From positions 1-42,227 of the IMG/VR virus record IMGVR_UViG_3300017440_000003: a stretch of DNA of 42,227 nucleotides, one strand, 5' to 3'. Shown here one piece after another: positions 9,340-17,312 of the stretch (the first letter of the stretch is position 1; each line of letters begins with the position of its first letter). The translations under genes and the position numbers were made by a program. The notes beneath the pieces are model-generated. The model did not search any database. It was not told the DNA's origin and was given only the letters and a program-made list of their open reading frames with translations. The stretch is from a virus.

Positions 9340-9782
9340 TGGACGCTTTCATCTCAGGCGGGTGGCGAATCCCGGCACGTGGCGAAGTGTTGCTGGGCGG
9401 CGCGTGGCGGCGTATCAGTCGCGCCGAAGTATATCGCGGTGATGCATGGCGCCCATGCCTGTCGTTCATCGCGCCGCTGTCGCTATCGGTGACGCCATCG
9501 GTGGACGGGTCGGTATATACGAATTCACCTCGGCCTGCCTCCGTCACTAGCGGACAGGCCGTCGCTACTCCCGCGGGCGGCGCAATGCCCTACAGCTATG
9601 CATGGACAGTCACCGGCGGTGCTGTTGCATTGTCTCCCAATGTCGCTTCAACAGCATTCCGCGCGAACGTGCCTTATGCATCGGAAGTATCGGGTACAGC
9701 CACCGTTATTTGCACCGATGCATTCGGCAGCACTGCCAGTGGACAAACCACCTATTTTCTCTACAACGAGAGCAACCAGTAA
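9339..9782 (+). CDS. tail protein with Ig-like (PKD/BIg-type) C-terminal domain
   Basis: 147 aa, TGATG-coupled. The C-terminal ~90 aa (LSVTPSVDGSVY...MPYSYAWTVTGG...TATVICTDAFGS) has an Ig-like pattern. Confidence 0.4.
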   Translation: MDAFISGGWRIPARGEVLLGGAWRRISRAEVYRGDAWRPCLSFIAPLSLSVTPSVDGSVYTNSPRPASVTSGQAVATPAGGAMPYSYAWTVTGGAVALSPNVASTAFRANVPYASEVSGTATVICTDAFGSTASGQTTYFLYNESNQ

Positions 9783-9791
9783 GGCGGGCCG

Positions 9792-11726
9792 ATGCACCAT
9801 TATTTCGAGGCCATCACCAACAAGAGCGGCGATAGCCTGCCGGGGTATTTCGCGCGCGTGGTCGATCCCGCAACGCAGAACACTGTGACATTGGCGGCGG
9901 ACAACAATGGCACGCCGATCGTCACCACGTCCGGTGTCGAGAATGCCGCCAAGACGGACGAAAACGGCAACGTCAGCTTCTACGTGCCGCCGGGCACGTA
10001 TCATCTCGATATCTATGCGCAGAACGCCACCAGCTTCATCATGCGGGTGCCTAATGTCGCGATGAATTCGGGGCAAGGGCCGCAGGGCATACCTGGAGAA
10101 CCGGGCGAACCCGGCCCCCAAGGCGAGGGTCTTGCCGAAGTCATGGCGCCCACCGGGGCATCGGTGGTCGGGTACAAGCAGGCCGGCACCAGCACCATTG
10201 ATCGCACTACGTTGGACAAGGCACGTGAACGGCGCACGCTGACGGATTATGTGTCCGGTCCAGCTGCTGGCGCAACGACAGTGCGTGCAGCAGCGCTGGC
10301 TATGCTGGCTGATGGTGGAGGCATCTGGCCAAAGGCGGCGCAGCCATGGCCCGTCGCCGAACAAGTCGTCATGCCGCCCAACACGTTCCTGGAGTTCGAA
10401 GACGGCACCATGGTGAAGTGGACCGGACCGTCTACCGGTGGCGCCTTTTCCCCGGTGTTCGTGGCACAGGACAATTGCACGATTGGCACCACCGATCGCG
10501 CCAAGATCGTGGAGGTCTACACCGACACGCCCGACCGCTATCGCTATCCACTGTTCGCCAGCGCAGTGAGCAACGTGACGGTGACGGGCCTGCGCGGGCG
10601 CAATATGCAGCACGTATTCTGCAACTCCGCTTCCGGTTCCTATGCGGGTGTCGTGACGAGTGGCAGCGGTGCCAATGTCTGTCGCAATATCCGTATCTTC
10701 GGCGGCGGCTCGACCTATGACACGCCTTTGACCGGCGGGCAGTCCAACGCGCCCACCTACATCGCCTACACCATCGGCTTCCAGATCGAGGACGTTACCC
10801 ACGACAAGGGCAGTTCCGGCGTGCAATGGTGGGGTGGTGACGCCAATATTGACGGCGCACCCGCCAATGAGCGCAAGTGTCGCAATGGCCAGATCGTCCG
10901 TTGCTCTGCCACCGATGTGATCGGCGGCGGTATCTGGGGGTCGATGGGGCAGAATATCGACATCATTGAGCCTCGTACCGTCCGCTGCCATGATGTTGGT
11001 GTAGACATTGAGGGCGGCATCGATATCCGCGTTATCAATCCATACACGGAAGACTGCGAAAATGGTTGTCTGGCCATATTTTTCCACGCCAGCAACGTTC
11101 AGTTTATCAATCCTACCGTTGTATGCACCGCAAACGCTTTCAAACCGATGGGATTTTACAACACCGGCTACACTGCCCGCAATGTTCGTATCAGTGGAGG
11201 TAGAATGACGGGTCCGGCTGGTGGCGTTTCCATTACCAGCGCATCGGGTCAAGTCGCCAATTTCAAGATGGACAATATCGATCTGACAAATGTCGGTATT
11301 GACATGCACTACAATGCCAACACCGGCACCAATGTCCTGTCGAATGTACGTCAGCGTTTCACGGCTGATCCGACCGGTATTGCCCGTGCCTTGTGGGTCG
11401 GCGCCCTGGTCGATGATGGTGTGCGCGCAGGCGAATGGGTCATCGTTGACCATCGCATCCGCTATGACGTGGCGGCAACAACCATTGCAGTGCAGATAGA
11501 CCAAGCCGCAGCTGGGGCACCGCTATACCAGCTAGAGCGGATGAACATCTCGGATGGCCCAGCCAATGGCATTGTACTTATTTCCTCAGTGAACACGACC
11601 AGATTTATCGTCAGGGACAACACGATTGGCGGCACAACGCCCGTGACCAGAAGCACTGGCACATCGCCGTTCCTCATCGCCGGCAAAAACGTGAACCAGC
11701 AATTCACCGACTTGGCTTTTGCATGA
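9792..11726 (+). CDS. tailspike / depolymerase with parallel beta-helix
   Basis: 644 aa. Short collagen segment GPQGIPGEPGEPGPQGEG (nt 10077-10130), then repeated beta-helix-like rungs (NVTVTGLRG..., NIRIFGG..., IDIRVINP..., NVQFINP..., NVRISGG...). Confidence 0.7.
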   Translation: MHHYFEAITNKSGDSLPGYFARVVDPATQNTVTLAADNNGTPIVTTSGVENAAKTDENGNVSFYVPPGTYHLDIYAQNATSFIMRVPNVAMNSGQGPQGIPGEPGEPGPQGEGLAEVMAPTGASVVGYKQAGTSTIDRTTLDKARERRTLTDYVSGPAAGATTVRAAALAMLADGGGIWPKAAQPWPVAEQVVMPPNTFLEFEDGTMVKWTGPSTGGAFSPVFVAQDNCTIGTTDRAKIVEVYTDTPDRYRYPLFASAVSNVTVTGLRGRNMQHVFCNSASGSYAGVVTSGSGANVCRNIRIFGGGSTYDTPLTGGQSNAPTYIAYTIGFQIEDVTHDKGSSGVQWWGGDANIDGAPANERKCRNGQIVRCSATDVIGGGIWGSMGQNIDIIEPRTVRCHDVGVDIEGGIDIRVINPYTEDCENGCLAIFFHASNVQFINPTVVCTANAFKPMGFYNTGYTARNVRISGGRMTGPAGGVSITSASGQVANFKMDNIDLTNVGIDMHYNANTGTNVLSNVRQRFTADPTGIARALWVGALVDDGVRAGEWVIVDHRIRYDVAATTIAVQIDQAAAGAPLYQLERMNISDGPANGIVLISSVNTTRFIVRDNTIGGTTPVTRSTGTSPFLIAGKNVNQQFTDLAFA

Positions 11727-11923
11727 TGCCGGTTCTGGTTATGCAGGAATGCGTGCTGGCGCTACCAGCGGAATGTGAGGAACAACAGATGAAGCGTGAA
11801 GAAATCGAGAAGCTGATCGACCAGAAGCTCCGCGAAGCGGGCGTAGGCGCACAGGCTGCGCCGCTGTCCGGCGGTGGCGGCCCGACCAATCCGACGCAGC
11901 CCGGCGGACCCAAGCCGCAGTAA
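11723..11923 (+). CDS. hypothetical protein (66 aa)
   Basis: ATGA overlap with the tailspike stop and TAATG overlap with the next gene. Confidence 0.4.
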   Translation: MMPVLVMQECVLALPAECEEQQMKREEIEKLIDQKLREAGVGAQAAPLSGGGGPTNPTQPGGPKPQ

Positions 11924-12447
11924 TGTGCAAGATCGCGTTCTTCGGCGTTGCGTGCGCTCTGGCCATATGGATGGCGTCGTGCGCGCGCGAAGAACGAGAT
12001 TGCGTCCTGTTCACCGCTGGCGTGCTGGCGGTGAATTGGCTGTTGTTCGCCTCCTACTGGATATACGCGCCCGCTTCACCTGCCTTTCTGTTGTATGAGA
12101 TCGGCATTACGGTCCGTCACGAGGACATGTGGGCGCTGGTCGATCTGGCCAGCCTGGTTGCGGTCGGGTGGCGCTGCCGCAACGTGTGGTGGAGTCCTAT
12201 CCTGTGGTCGGTATATCTCGTCACGCTTACGATGCACGTTATCGCGCGTGCTAACGATTTGATGTATCTGGATTATGATGAAGTCCTAGATGCCGCGCTC
12301 ATCATCCAGCTTGCGGTTATCTTCATGCTAGGGGGTGGTGGCTGTGCCGATCGTTTGTCTGATTGCTGGCGTGGTATTCGTGGTATGGGCAGGTCTGCCG
12401 GCGGCAGCGCTTCAGCGGCTGTTTCAACGTGCGAGGCGCCGCGGTGA
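11923..12447 (+). CDS. multi-pass membrane protein
   Basis: 174 aa with about 5 hydrophobic helices. First of three consecutive membrane-protein genes before the endolysin. Confidence 0.55.
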   Translation: MCKIAFFGVACALAIWMASCAREERDCVLFTAGVLAVNWLLFASYWIYAPASPAFLLYEIGITVRHEDMWALVDLASLVAVGWRCRNVWWSPILWSVYLVTLTMHVIARANDLMYLDYDEVLDAALIIQLAVIFMLGGGGCADRLSDCWRGIRGMGRSAGGSASAAVSTCEAPR

Positions 12448-12752
12448 TTGAACAGCAGGACCTGAAGCACGTATGGATCGCCATGTCCGCGCTTGCCGGG
12501 TCCATCACCGCCCTTGCCAACATGAAGTACAAGGAAATGTCGTGGACCGACATTCTCCTGACGGTGTTTGTCGGCTTTGCCTTTGCGGTAATCTTCGTCC
12601 CTTGGGCGGCATCCGACTGGATGGGGATCGCGGAGACGAACTTGCGCGGCATCTGCGCCATCGTGTATATCGGTGGCACCGCCTGGAACAGCCTCATGCC
12701 ACTAGCGATCCGCAAGATTAAGCAGATGATCGGCGGGGAGGAAAAGGCATGA
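12444..12752 (+). CDS. membrane protein, holin candidate
   Basis: ORF-track 12363..12752 trimmed to GTG 12444 (GTGA overlap). 102 aa with hydrophobic helices (ILLTVFVGFAFAVIFVPW, ICAIVYIGG). Confidence 0.5.
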   Translation: MIEQQDLKHVWIAMSALAGSITALANMKYKEMSWTDILLTVFVGFAFAVIFVPWAASDWMGIAETNLRGICAIVYIGGTAWNSLMPLAIRKIKQMIGGEEKA

Positions 12753-13072
12753 CCGTTTTTGATTACATGAACGTGGTCGGCCGTATCATCCTGACGATCT
12801 TCGTGGTCGTGAAGCTGGGCATGTTCCGCGAGATGGCAAACCCCGCCGAACGGTACGGCCTTGGCATGATGGGTGCGGGATCGTTCCTGACCATCCCCAT
12901 CATCATCATGAAATACGGCAATCCTTTCGAGGGATGGGCCGTTTCGCTGCTGACCTATGGCGCTATCCTGTTCATTGCCGGCCGTACATGGAGAGATAGC
13001 AAGCATTCCCGTGCGAATGCTGCTATGGTGCGACAGGGCCGTGAGTGGCAGGCGCAGAAAGGTAAGCCGTGA
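12749..13072 (+). CDS. membrane protein, holin candidate
   Basis: 107 aa with three hydrophobic helices and a basic C-terminal tail. ATGA-coupled upstream and overlaps the endolysin start. Confidence 0.5.
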   Translation: MTVFDYMNVVGRIILTIFVVVKLGMFREMANPAERYGLGMMGAGSFLTIPIIIMKYGNPFEGWAVSLLTYGAILFIAGRTWRDSKHSRANAAMVRQGREWQAQKGKP

Positions 13073-13692
13073 TGACTCCCCATGCATTCGCCAAGCAATT
13101 CATCACGCGCTGGGAGAACGGCAACCAGACCGATCCCAAGAAGACCCATTCGCTTGATCCGGTCGATAACGGCAACTGGACCGGCGGCAAGCAGAACGTA
13201 GGCGCGCTGGTAGGATCAAACCACGGCGTCACGGCAGCGGCATTGGCAGAGCATCGCGGCGTCAAGGCGTACGATATCACGCGCGTCGTGATGGCTGCGC
13301 TGACATTGGATGAAGCCGCCGATATCGCGCTGGCGCTCTACTACAAGCGTCCAAAGCTGGACCTGCTACCGTGGAACCGCGTCACCGCGTCCATCTTCGA
13401 TATGGGATGGGGCACTGGTCCGGCGCAGGCGGTGAAGGTACTACAGCGGTTGATCGGCACCGACGACGATGGCCGCATGGGGCCGGCTACCGCTGCTGCC
13501 TACAAACGTTTTGTGGAGACGCAGGGCGAGCCGTTCGCGGCAGGTGCGTGGTGGCTGACCCGTAATAACTTCTATGACCTGATTATTTCCAACAGGCCCG
13601 CCAATGCCCGCTACGAGAATGGGTGGAAGAATCGTTCTCGGTATTTCACGCCGGGCGATGGCGAAGGTTGGTGGGGGAGGTTTGAGGCGTGA
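13072..13692 (+). CDS. endolysin, GH108-type lysozyme with PG_binding_3-like domain
   Basis: N-terminal FITRWENG...DNGNWTGG...GVT and C-terminal DDDGRMGPATAAAYKRF match the GH108 + peptidoglycan-binding architecture common in alphaproteobacterial phages. ATG 13072 (GTG 13069 also possible). No signal or SAR segment. Confidence 0.75.
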   Translation: MTPHAFAKQFITRWENGNQTDPKKTHSLDPVDNGNWTGGKQNVGALVGSNHGVTAAALAEHRGVKAYDITRVVMAALTLDEAADIALALYYKRPKLDLLPWNRVTASIFDMGWGTGPAQAVKVLQRLIGTDDDGRMGPATAAAYKRFVETQGEPFAAGAWWLTRNNFYDLIISNRPANARYENGWKNRSRYFTPGDGEGWWGRFEA

Positions 13693-13895
13693 ACGACACC
13701 CACAACCTAATCGCCTTCCTGTCCGTGGTGTCCGCGATTGTCGCGCTTGCCCTGATTGGCGGCACCGGTAGCGACCTTGCCATCATGACCGGACTTATCG
13801 GCGTGCTTGGCACCTTCAGGCCGCGTGAGCGCACCAAGGCCGAACCCGCCGGCACACCCGGCGATCCTGTTTCCGTGGAGGAAGTGAAGCCATGA
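13689..13895 (+). CDS. two-TM small membrane protein (class II holin/pinholin-like size)
   Basis: 68 aa. Helices LIAFLSVVSAIVALALIGG and LAIMTGLIGVLGTF, with a charged C-terminal tail. Overlaps the endolysin stop. Confidence 0.5.
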   Translation: MNDTHNLIAFLSVVSAIVALALIGGTGSDLAIMTGLIGVLGTFRPRERTKAEPAGTPGDPVSVEEVKP

Positions 13896-14026
13896 AACTC
13901 GGCAACATACTGAAGCTGGCCGTAAAGGTCGTCAAAGCCAACCCCTCCCTCGTCATCAGCGCGGTTACCGCTATCGGCCCGATCGTGGAGGCGGTAAAGA
14001 CGGAAGCCAAGAAGCCGAAGGTGTAA
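13892..14026 (+). CDS. 44-aa cationic peptide (MKLGNILKLAVKVVKANPSLVISAVTAIGPIVEAVKTEAKKPKV)
   Basis: ATGA overlap with the preceding gene. 8 Lys against 2 Glu. Below the ORF-track cut-off. Last gene of the lysis cassette. Confidence 0.45.
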   Translation: MKLGNILKLAVKVVKANPSLVISAVTAIGPIVEAVKTEAKKPKV

Positions 14027-14030
14027 CGAC

Positions 14031-16448
14031 ATGAGCGACATTACCGATATCGTCAGCGCCATGGGTGGCTATCAAGCCGCCACGCCGCAGGACAAGACGG
14101 CGCTGGAGGCGGTGCTGGGGAGTCGGGGCGGGCGGCAGCGGGCGGGGGGTGTGGTGCCGCCTTCTCCTGATGTTCCTACAATAGATTGGTTAAGTGCTTC
14201 TTTCATCGGTTTTCAAACCGGCACCGTTGAATCTTCATCGCCCGCCGCGGTGATGCGCAAGACCTTCACGCCCGCGAAGTCCGTGTCTCGCGCGACGCTG
14301 CAAGCGACGGCGCTTGGCACGTATATCCCGTACATGAATGGCAATCGGGTCGGCAATAGAGAGATGACGCCAGGGTGGACGGACTATGCCAAGCGCCGCC
14401 ATTTCCAGACCTACGATGTCACCGCCATGATCGCGTCGGGCGCGAATGCCGTAGGTGTCGAGGTCGGCGACGGCTGGGCGCACGGCTACATGAGCCTGCG
14501 AGGCCGGAACTACTACGGCGCCGACGTGCCACGCGCGATGGTGGCGCTGCGGCTCGACTATGCTGACGGCACCAGTGAGACGATCGTGTCGGACGCCTCG
14601 TGGAAGGCGACCACGAGCGATAACCTGGCAAATGACTGGTACAACGGGTCGTCGCACGACGCCCGCCTGCGCAAGGATTGGTCGAATCCTGCCGTCTCGG
14701 ATGTTGCCTGGGCCAGCCCGACCGCGACCGCTGCGGGTAGCGTGCCGCTTGTCAAGCAGCCATCGCCACCCGCGCGCCGTATGGAAGCTCTCGCCCCGAT
14801 CGCGCGCACTAATCCCAGCGCCGGGGTCTATATCTTCGACTTCGGACAGAACCACGCCGGCTACTGCGCCCTAACCGTCACCGGCGCATCGGCAGGACAG
14901 CAGATCACGCTGCGTCATGCCGAAGACCTCAAGGATGACGGCACTCTTTACACCGCCAATCTGCGGGCGGCACAGGCCACCGATCGCTTCATTTCGGCTG
15001 GGGGTACGACCGAAACGTTCGAGCCGCGGCACACTTGGCACGGCTATCGCTATGTTGAGGTGACAGGCTATCCCGGAGTCCCGCCGCTCAACTGCCTGAC
15101 CAGCTACTTCGTCTATCAGGACGCGCCGCTGGTATCGACCTTTACCACGTCCTCGACCGTGCTGAAGAAGTCGTGGGACGCGGCGGTGCTGGCGTGGAAG
15201 GGCAATGCTCTGACCTTGCCCACCGACTGCCCCCAGCGCGACGAACGGCTCGGCTGGGGTGCCGACGCGCACTTGTTTGCGCAAGCAGCGACCTTCGTGC
15301 AGGACAGCGCGGCTTTCCTCGACAAATATTGTGACGACCTCGACGACAGCGCAGTTAGCGGACAGGTCGGCGACGTGGCGCCCTTCGTCGCCGATGTGTC
15401 GCGCGGTCGTGCGGGCTGGGGCGAAGCGGCGATCATCATCCCGTGGATACTGTATCAGGCGTATGGCGATACCGCCTATCTAAGCCGCCACTGGCCGACG
15501 ATGAAGGCAGTGCTTGGCGCGCTTCCCTACGCTGACTTCTACAACGACTACCTCAACCTGTCGCAACCGACTACCCCTGACGTATTCCGCTACGCCTTCG
15601 CCTATCATGCGGCGGATATCGTCAAGCAGTCGGCAGACCTGCTAGGCGACACCGCCACTTCGGCTAGCGCGGCATCCAAGATGGACTCCTTCGCCACTAC
15701 ATGGCGGGCGTTCGTCTCGGGCGGCGGCTCGGTCATCGGCAACGAGTCGCAGTGCGGCTACATTCTCGGCCTCGCCTTCAACATCCTGCCGGCCGGGCAG
15801 CGCGCTGCCGCTTTGTCGGCGCTGGCGTCCAAGATCACGGAGGACGGCCTCAAATGTGGCTTTGTCGGGCTGACCTACCTGCACGACGTGCTAGCCGATG
15901 GCGGGCGTCTCGACCTTGCCTATACGCTGGCGGAGAAAACCACAAACCCGTCGCTCGGTTATCAGTTGGGCACCGGCCTCACGACTACTGCCGAACAATG
16001 GGACCCCCGCGGCCTGCGTGGGGTCAATGACGCGGCCAACAGTTACAATCACTATGTCCGCGGCGCGGTGCTGTCGTGGCTGGCCCGCAGCGTGGCCGGG
16101 ATCGATGCCGCCACGCCGGGCTTTGCCACCGTGCTTCTCCGGCCCCGGCCAGGCGGTGCCGCCACCAGCGCCAAGCTGACCTATGCCAGCAAGGCCGGTA
16201 CGATCAGCACCGATTGGTCGGTCACTGGCAATACCCTGACTTGGACCTTCACGACGCCGGTGCAAGCGATTGTGTCGCTGCCCCCCGGCTACGTCACCAC
16301 CGGCCTGACCGGCGCCATTACCGCCGACCCGATCACGGGCGGCAGTCGGTATCAGGTCGCTGCCGGCACCTATTCTATCACTGCCACCATCACCTCAAAC
16401 TACGTCCAGTCCGGCTATGTTGCCGATGGCTATATTGGAGCAATGTAA
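14031..16448 (+). CDS. alpha-L-rhamnosidase family protein (GH78)
   Basis: 805 aa. N-domain pattern YMNGNRVGNREMTPGWTDYAKRRHFQTYDVT...GANAVGVEVGDGW and catalytic-domain signature DCPQRDERLGWGADA. No signal peptide or TM segment. Confidence 0.85.
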   Translation: MSDITDIVSAMGGYQAATPQDKTALEAVLGSRGGRQRAGGVVPPSPDVPTIDWLSASFIGFQTGTVESSSPAAVMRKTFTPAKSVSRATLQATALGTYIPYMNGNRVGNREMTPGWTDYAKRRHFQTYDVTAMIASGANAVGVEVGDGWAHGYMSLRGRNYYGADVPRAMVALRLDYADGTSETIVSDASWKATTSDNLANDWYNGSSHDARLRKDWSNPAVSDVAWASPTATAAGSVPLVKQPSPPARRMEALAPIARTNPSAGVYIFDFGQNHAGYCALTVTGASAGQQITLRHAEDLKDDGTLYTANLRAAQATDRFISAGGTTETFEPRHTWHGYRYVEVTGYPGVPPLNCLTSYFVYQDAPLVSTFTTSSTVLKKSWDAAVLAWKGNALTLPTDCPQRDERLGWGADAHLFAQAATFVQDSAAFLDKYCDDLDDSAVSGQVGDVAPFVADVSRGRAGWGEAAIIIPWILYQAYGDTAYLSRHWPTMKAVLGALPYADFYNDYLNLSQPTTPDVFRYAFAYHAADIVKQSADLLGDTATSASAASKMDSFATTWRAFVSGGGSVIGNESQCGYILGLAFNILPAGQRAAALSALASKITEDGLKCGFVGLTYLHDVLADGGRLDLAYTLAEKTTNPSLGYQLGTGLTTTAEQWDPRGLRGVNDAANSYNHYVRGAVLSWLARSVAGIDAATPGFATVLLRPRPGGAATSAKLTYASKAGTISTDWSVTGNTLTWTFTTPVQAIVSLPPGYVTTGLTGAITADPITGGSRYQVAAGTYSITATITSNYVQSGYVADGYIGAM

Positions 16449-17302
16449 TGGTCGATATCGTCACCCGTGCCGCCAAAGGTAGCGCTCTGACCTACAACGA
16501 AATGGACACTAACTTTGCCAATCTGAAGGCGGCTATTGAAGCTCTTCAGCCCGTGGCAAATCCGTGGACGCCGGCCAATCTCGCCTCAACCGTGGCGTGG
16601 TGGGACGCATCCGAAACGTCCAGCCTCACCATCGCCAGCGGTACGGCTTCCGCTTGGACAGACAAAAAGAACGGCATCGTTGCGTCCAACTCGACTGCCG
16701 CACAGCAGCCCGCCTATTCTGCGACGGCGCTCAACAGCAAGCCGGGCCTGACGTTCGATGGTGTGAACGATCGCCTCGCGTTCCCGACCAATTCCTTTCT
16801 GCCGGTCGGCACAGCGCCGCTTACCGTGCTGATCGTCGCCCGCGCTGGCGCCACTGCGGGCGATATGGCGATCGTTACCTGGGGTACGGCCGCTAATGGT
16901 CAATGGATCAAGATCGGCGAGGACGGCACTTCCCCCAACCCGGCCATCGGTGACCTGTACACGGCTGGCGCCGCGCTTGGCACCGCCGCCTTCCCCAGCA
17001 CCACCCAAATCCTCGCATACACGGCCAGCACGACGGCAACGAGGATGTACAACGACGGCCTGACCGGTGGGAGTGGGCCGAACCCCGGTAGCAAGAACAC
17101 GAACGGCAGTGCCGGTTTCATCGGCATGGACCTGCGGACGGTTGGCTTCTGGAACAGCGTCATTCAGGAGATCGTCGTTTGCACGGGCGTGTTGTCGACG
17201 GCCGATCGTCAGAAATACGAGGGCTATGCGGCGCTGAAGTGGGGCCTTCGCGCCAATCTGGCGAGCGACCATCCCTACAAGACCACTGGCCCTTCGGTTT
17301 AA
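16448..17302 (+). CDS. tail-fibre-like protein with LamG/concanavalin-type lectin domain
   Basis: ORF-track 16076..17302 trimmed to ATG 16448 (TAATG overlap). N-terminal VTRAAKGSALTYNEMDTNFANL resembles a phage fibre N-terminal motif. The remainder (LTFDGVNDRLAF...MYNDG...) looks like Laminin_G_3. Confidence 0.55.
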   Translation: MVDIVTRAAKGSALTYNEMDTNFANLKAAIEALQPVANPWTPANLASTVAWWDASETSSLTIASGTASAWTDKKNGIVASNSTAAQQPAYSATALNSKPGLTFDGVNDRLAFPTNSFLPVGTAPLTVLIVARAGATAGDMAIVTWGTAANGQWIKIGEDGTSPNPAIGDLYTAGAALGTAAFPSTTQILAYTASTTATRMYNDGLTGGSGPNPGSKNTNGSAGFIGMDLRTVGFWNSVIQEIVVCTGVLSTADRQKYEGYAALKWGLRANLASDHPYKTTGPSV

Positions 17303-17312
17303 GGATCGCCCC

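Noticed and set aside
9648-11504. 618-aa minus-strand ORF, the second-longest ORF in that region
   Set aside because: It lies antisense to the tailspike gene. Its product is Arg/Ala/Gly/His-rich with no motif, whereas the plus-strand product has a collagen segment and beta-helix rungs. This is a typical stop-poor shadow frame of a high-GC gene.
9007-11726. Diversity-generating retroelement targeting the fibre genes
   Set aside because: No reverse transcriptase gene exists anywhere in the genome, and I found no template/variable repeat pair. The only fibre repeats are collagen triplets.
12323-13087. 254-aa minus-strand ORF across the holin-like genes
   Set aside because: It is antisense to three coupled membrane-protein genes, whose products have clean TM helices. 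No start context supports it.
16076-16447. N-terminal 124-aa extension of ORF 16076..17302
   Set aside because: It lies wholly inside the 3' end of the GH78 gene in another frame and is Arg/His-rich. ATG 16448 overlaps the GH78 stop (TAATG) and begins a recognisable fibre N-terminal motif.
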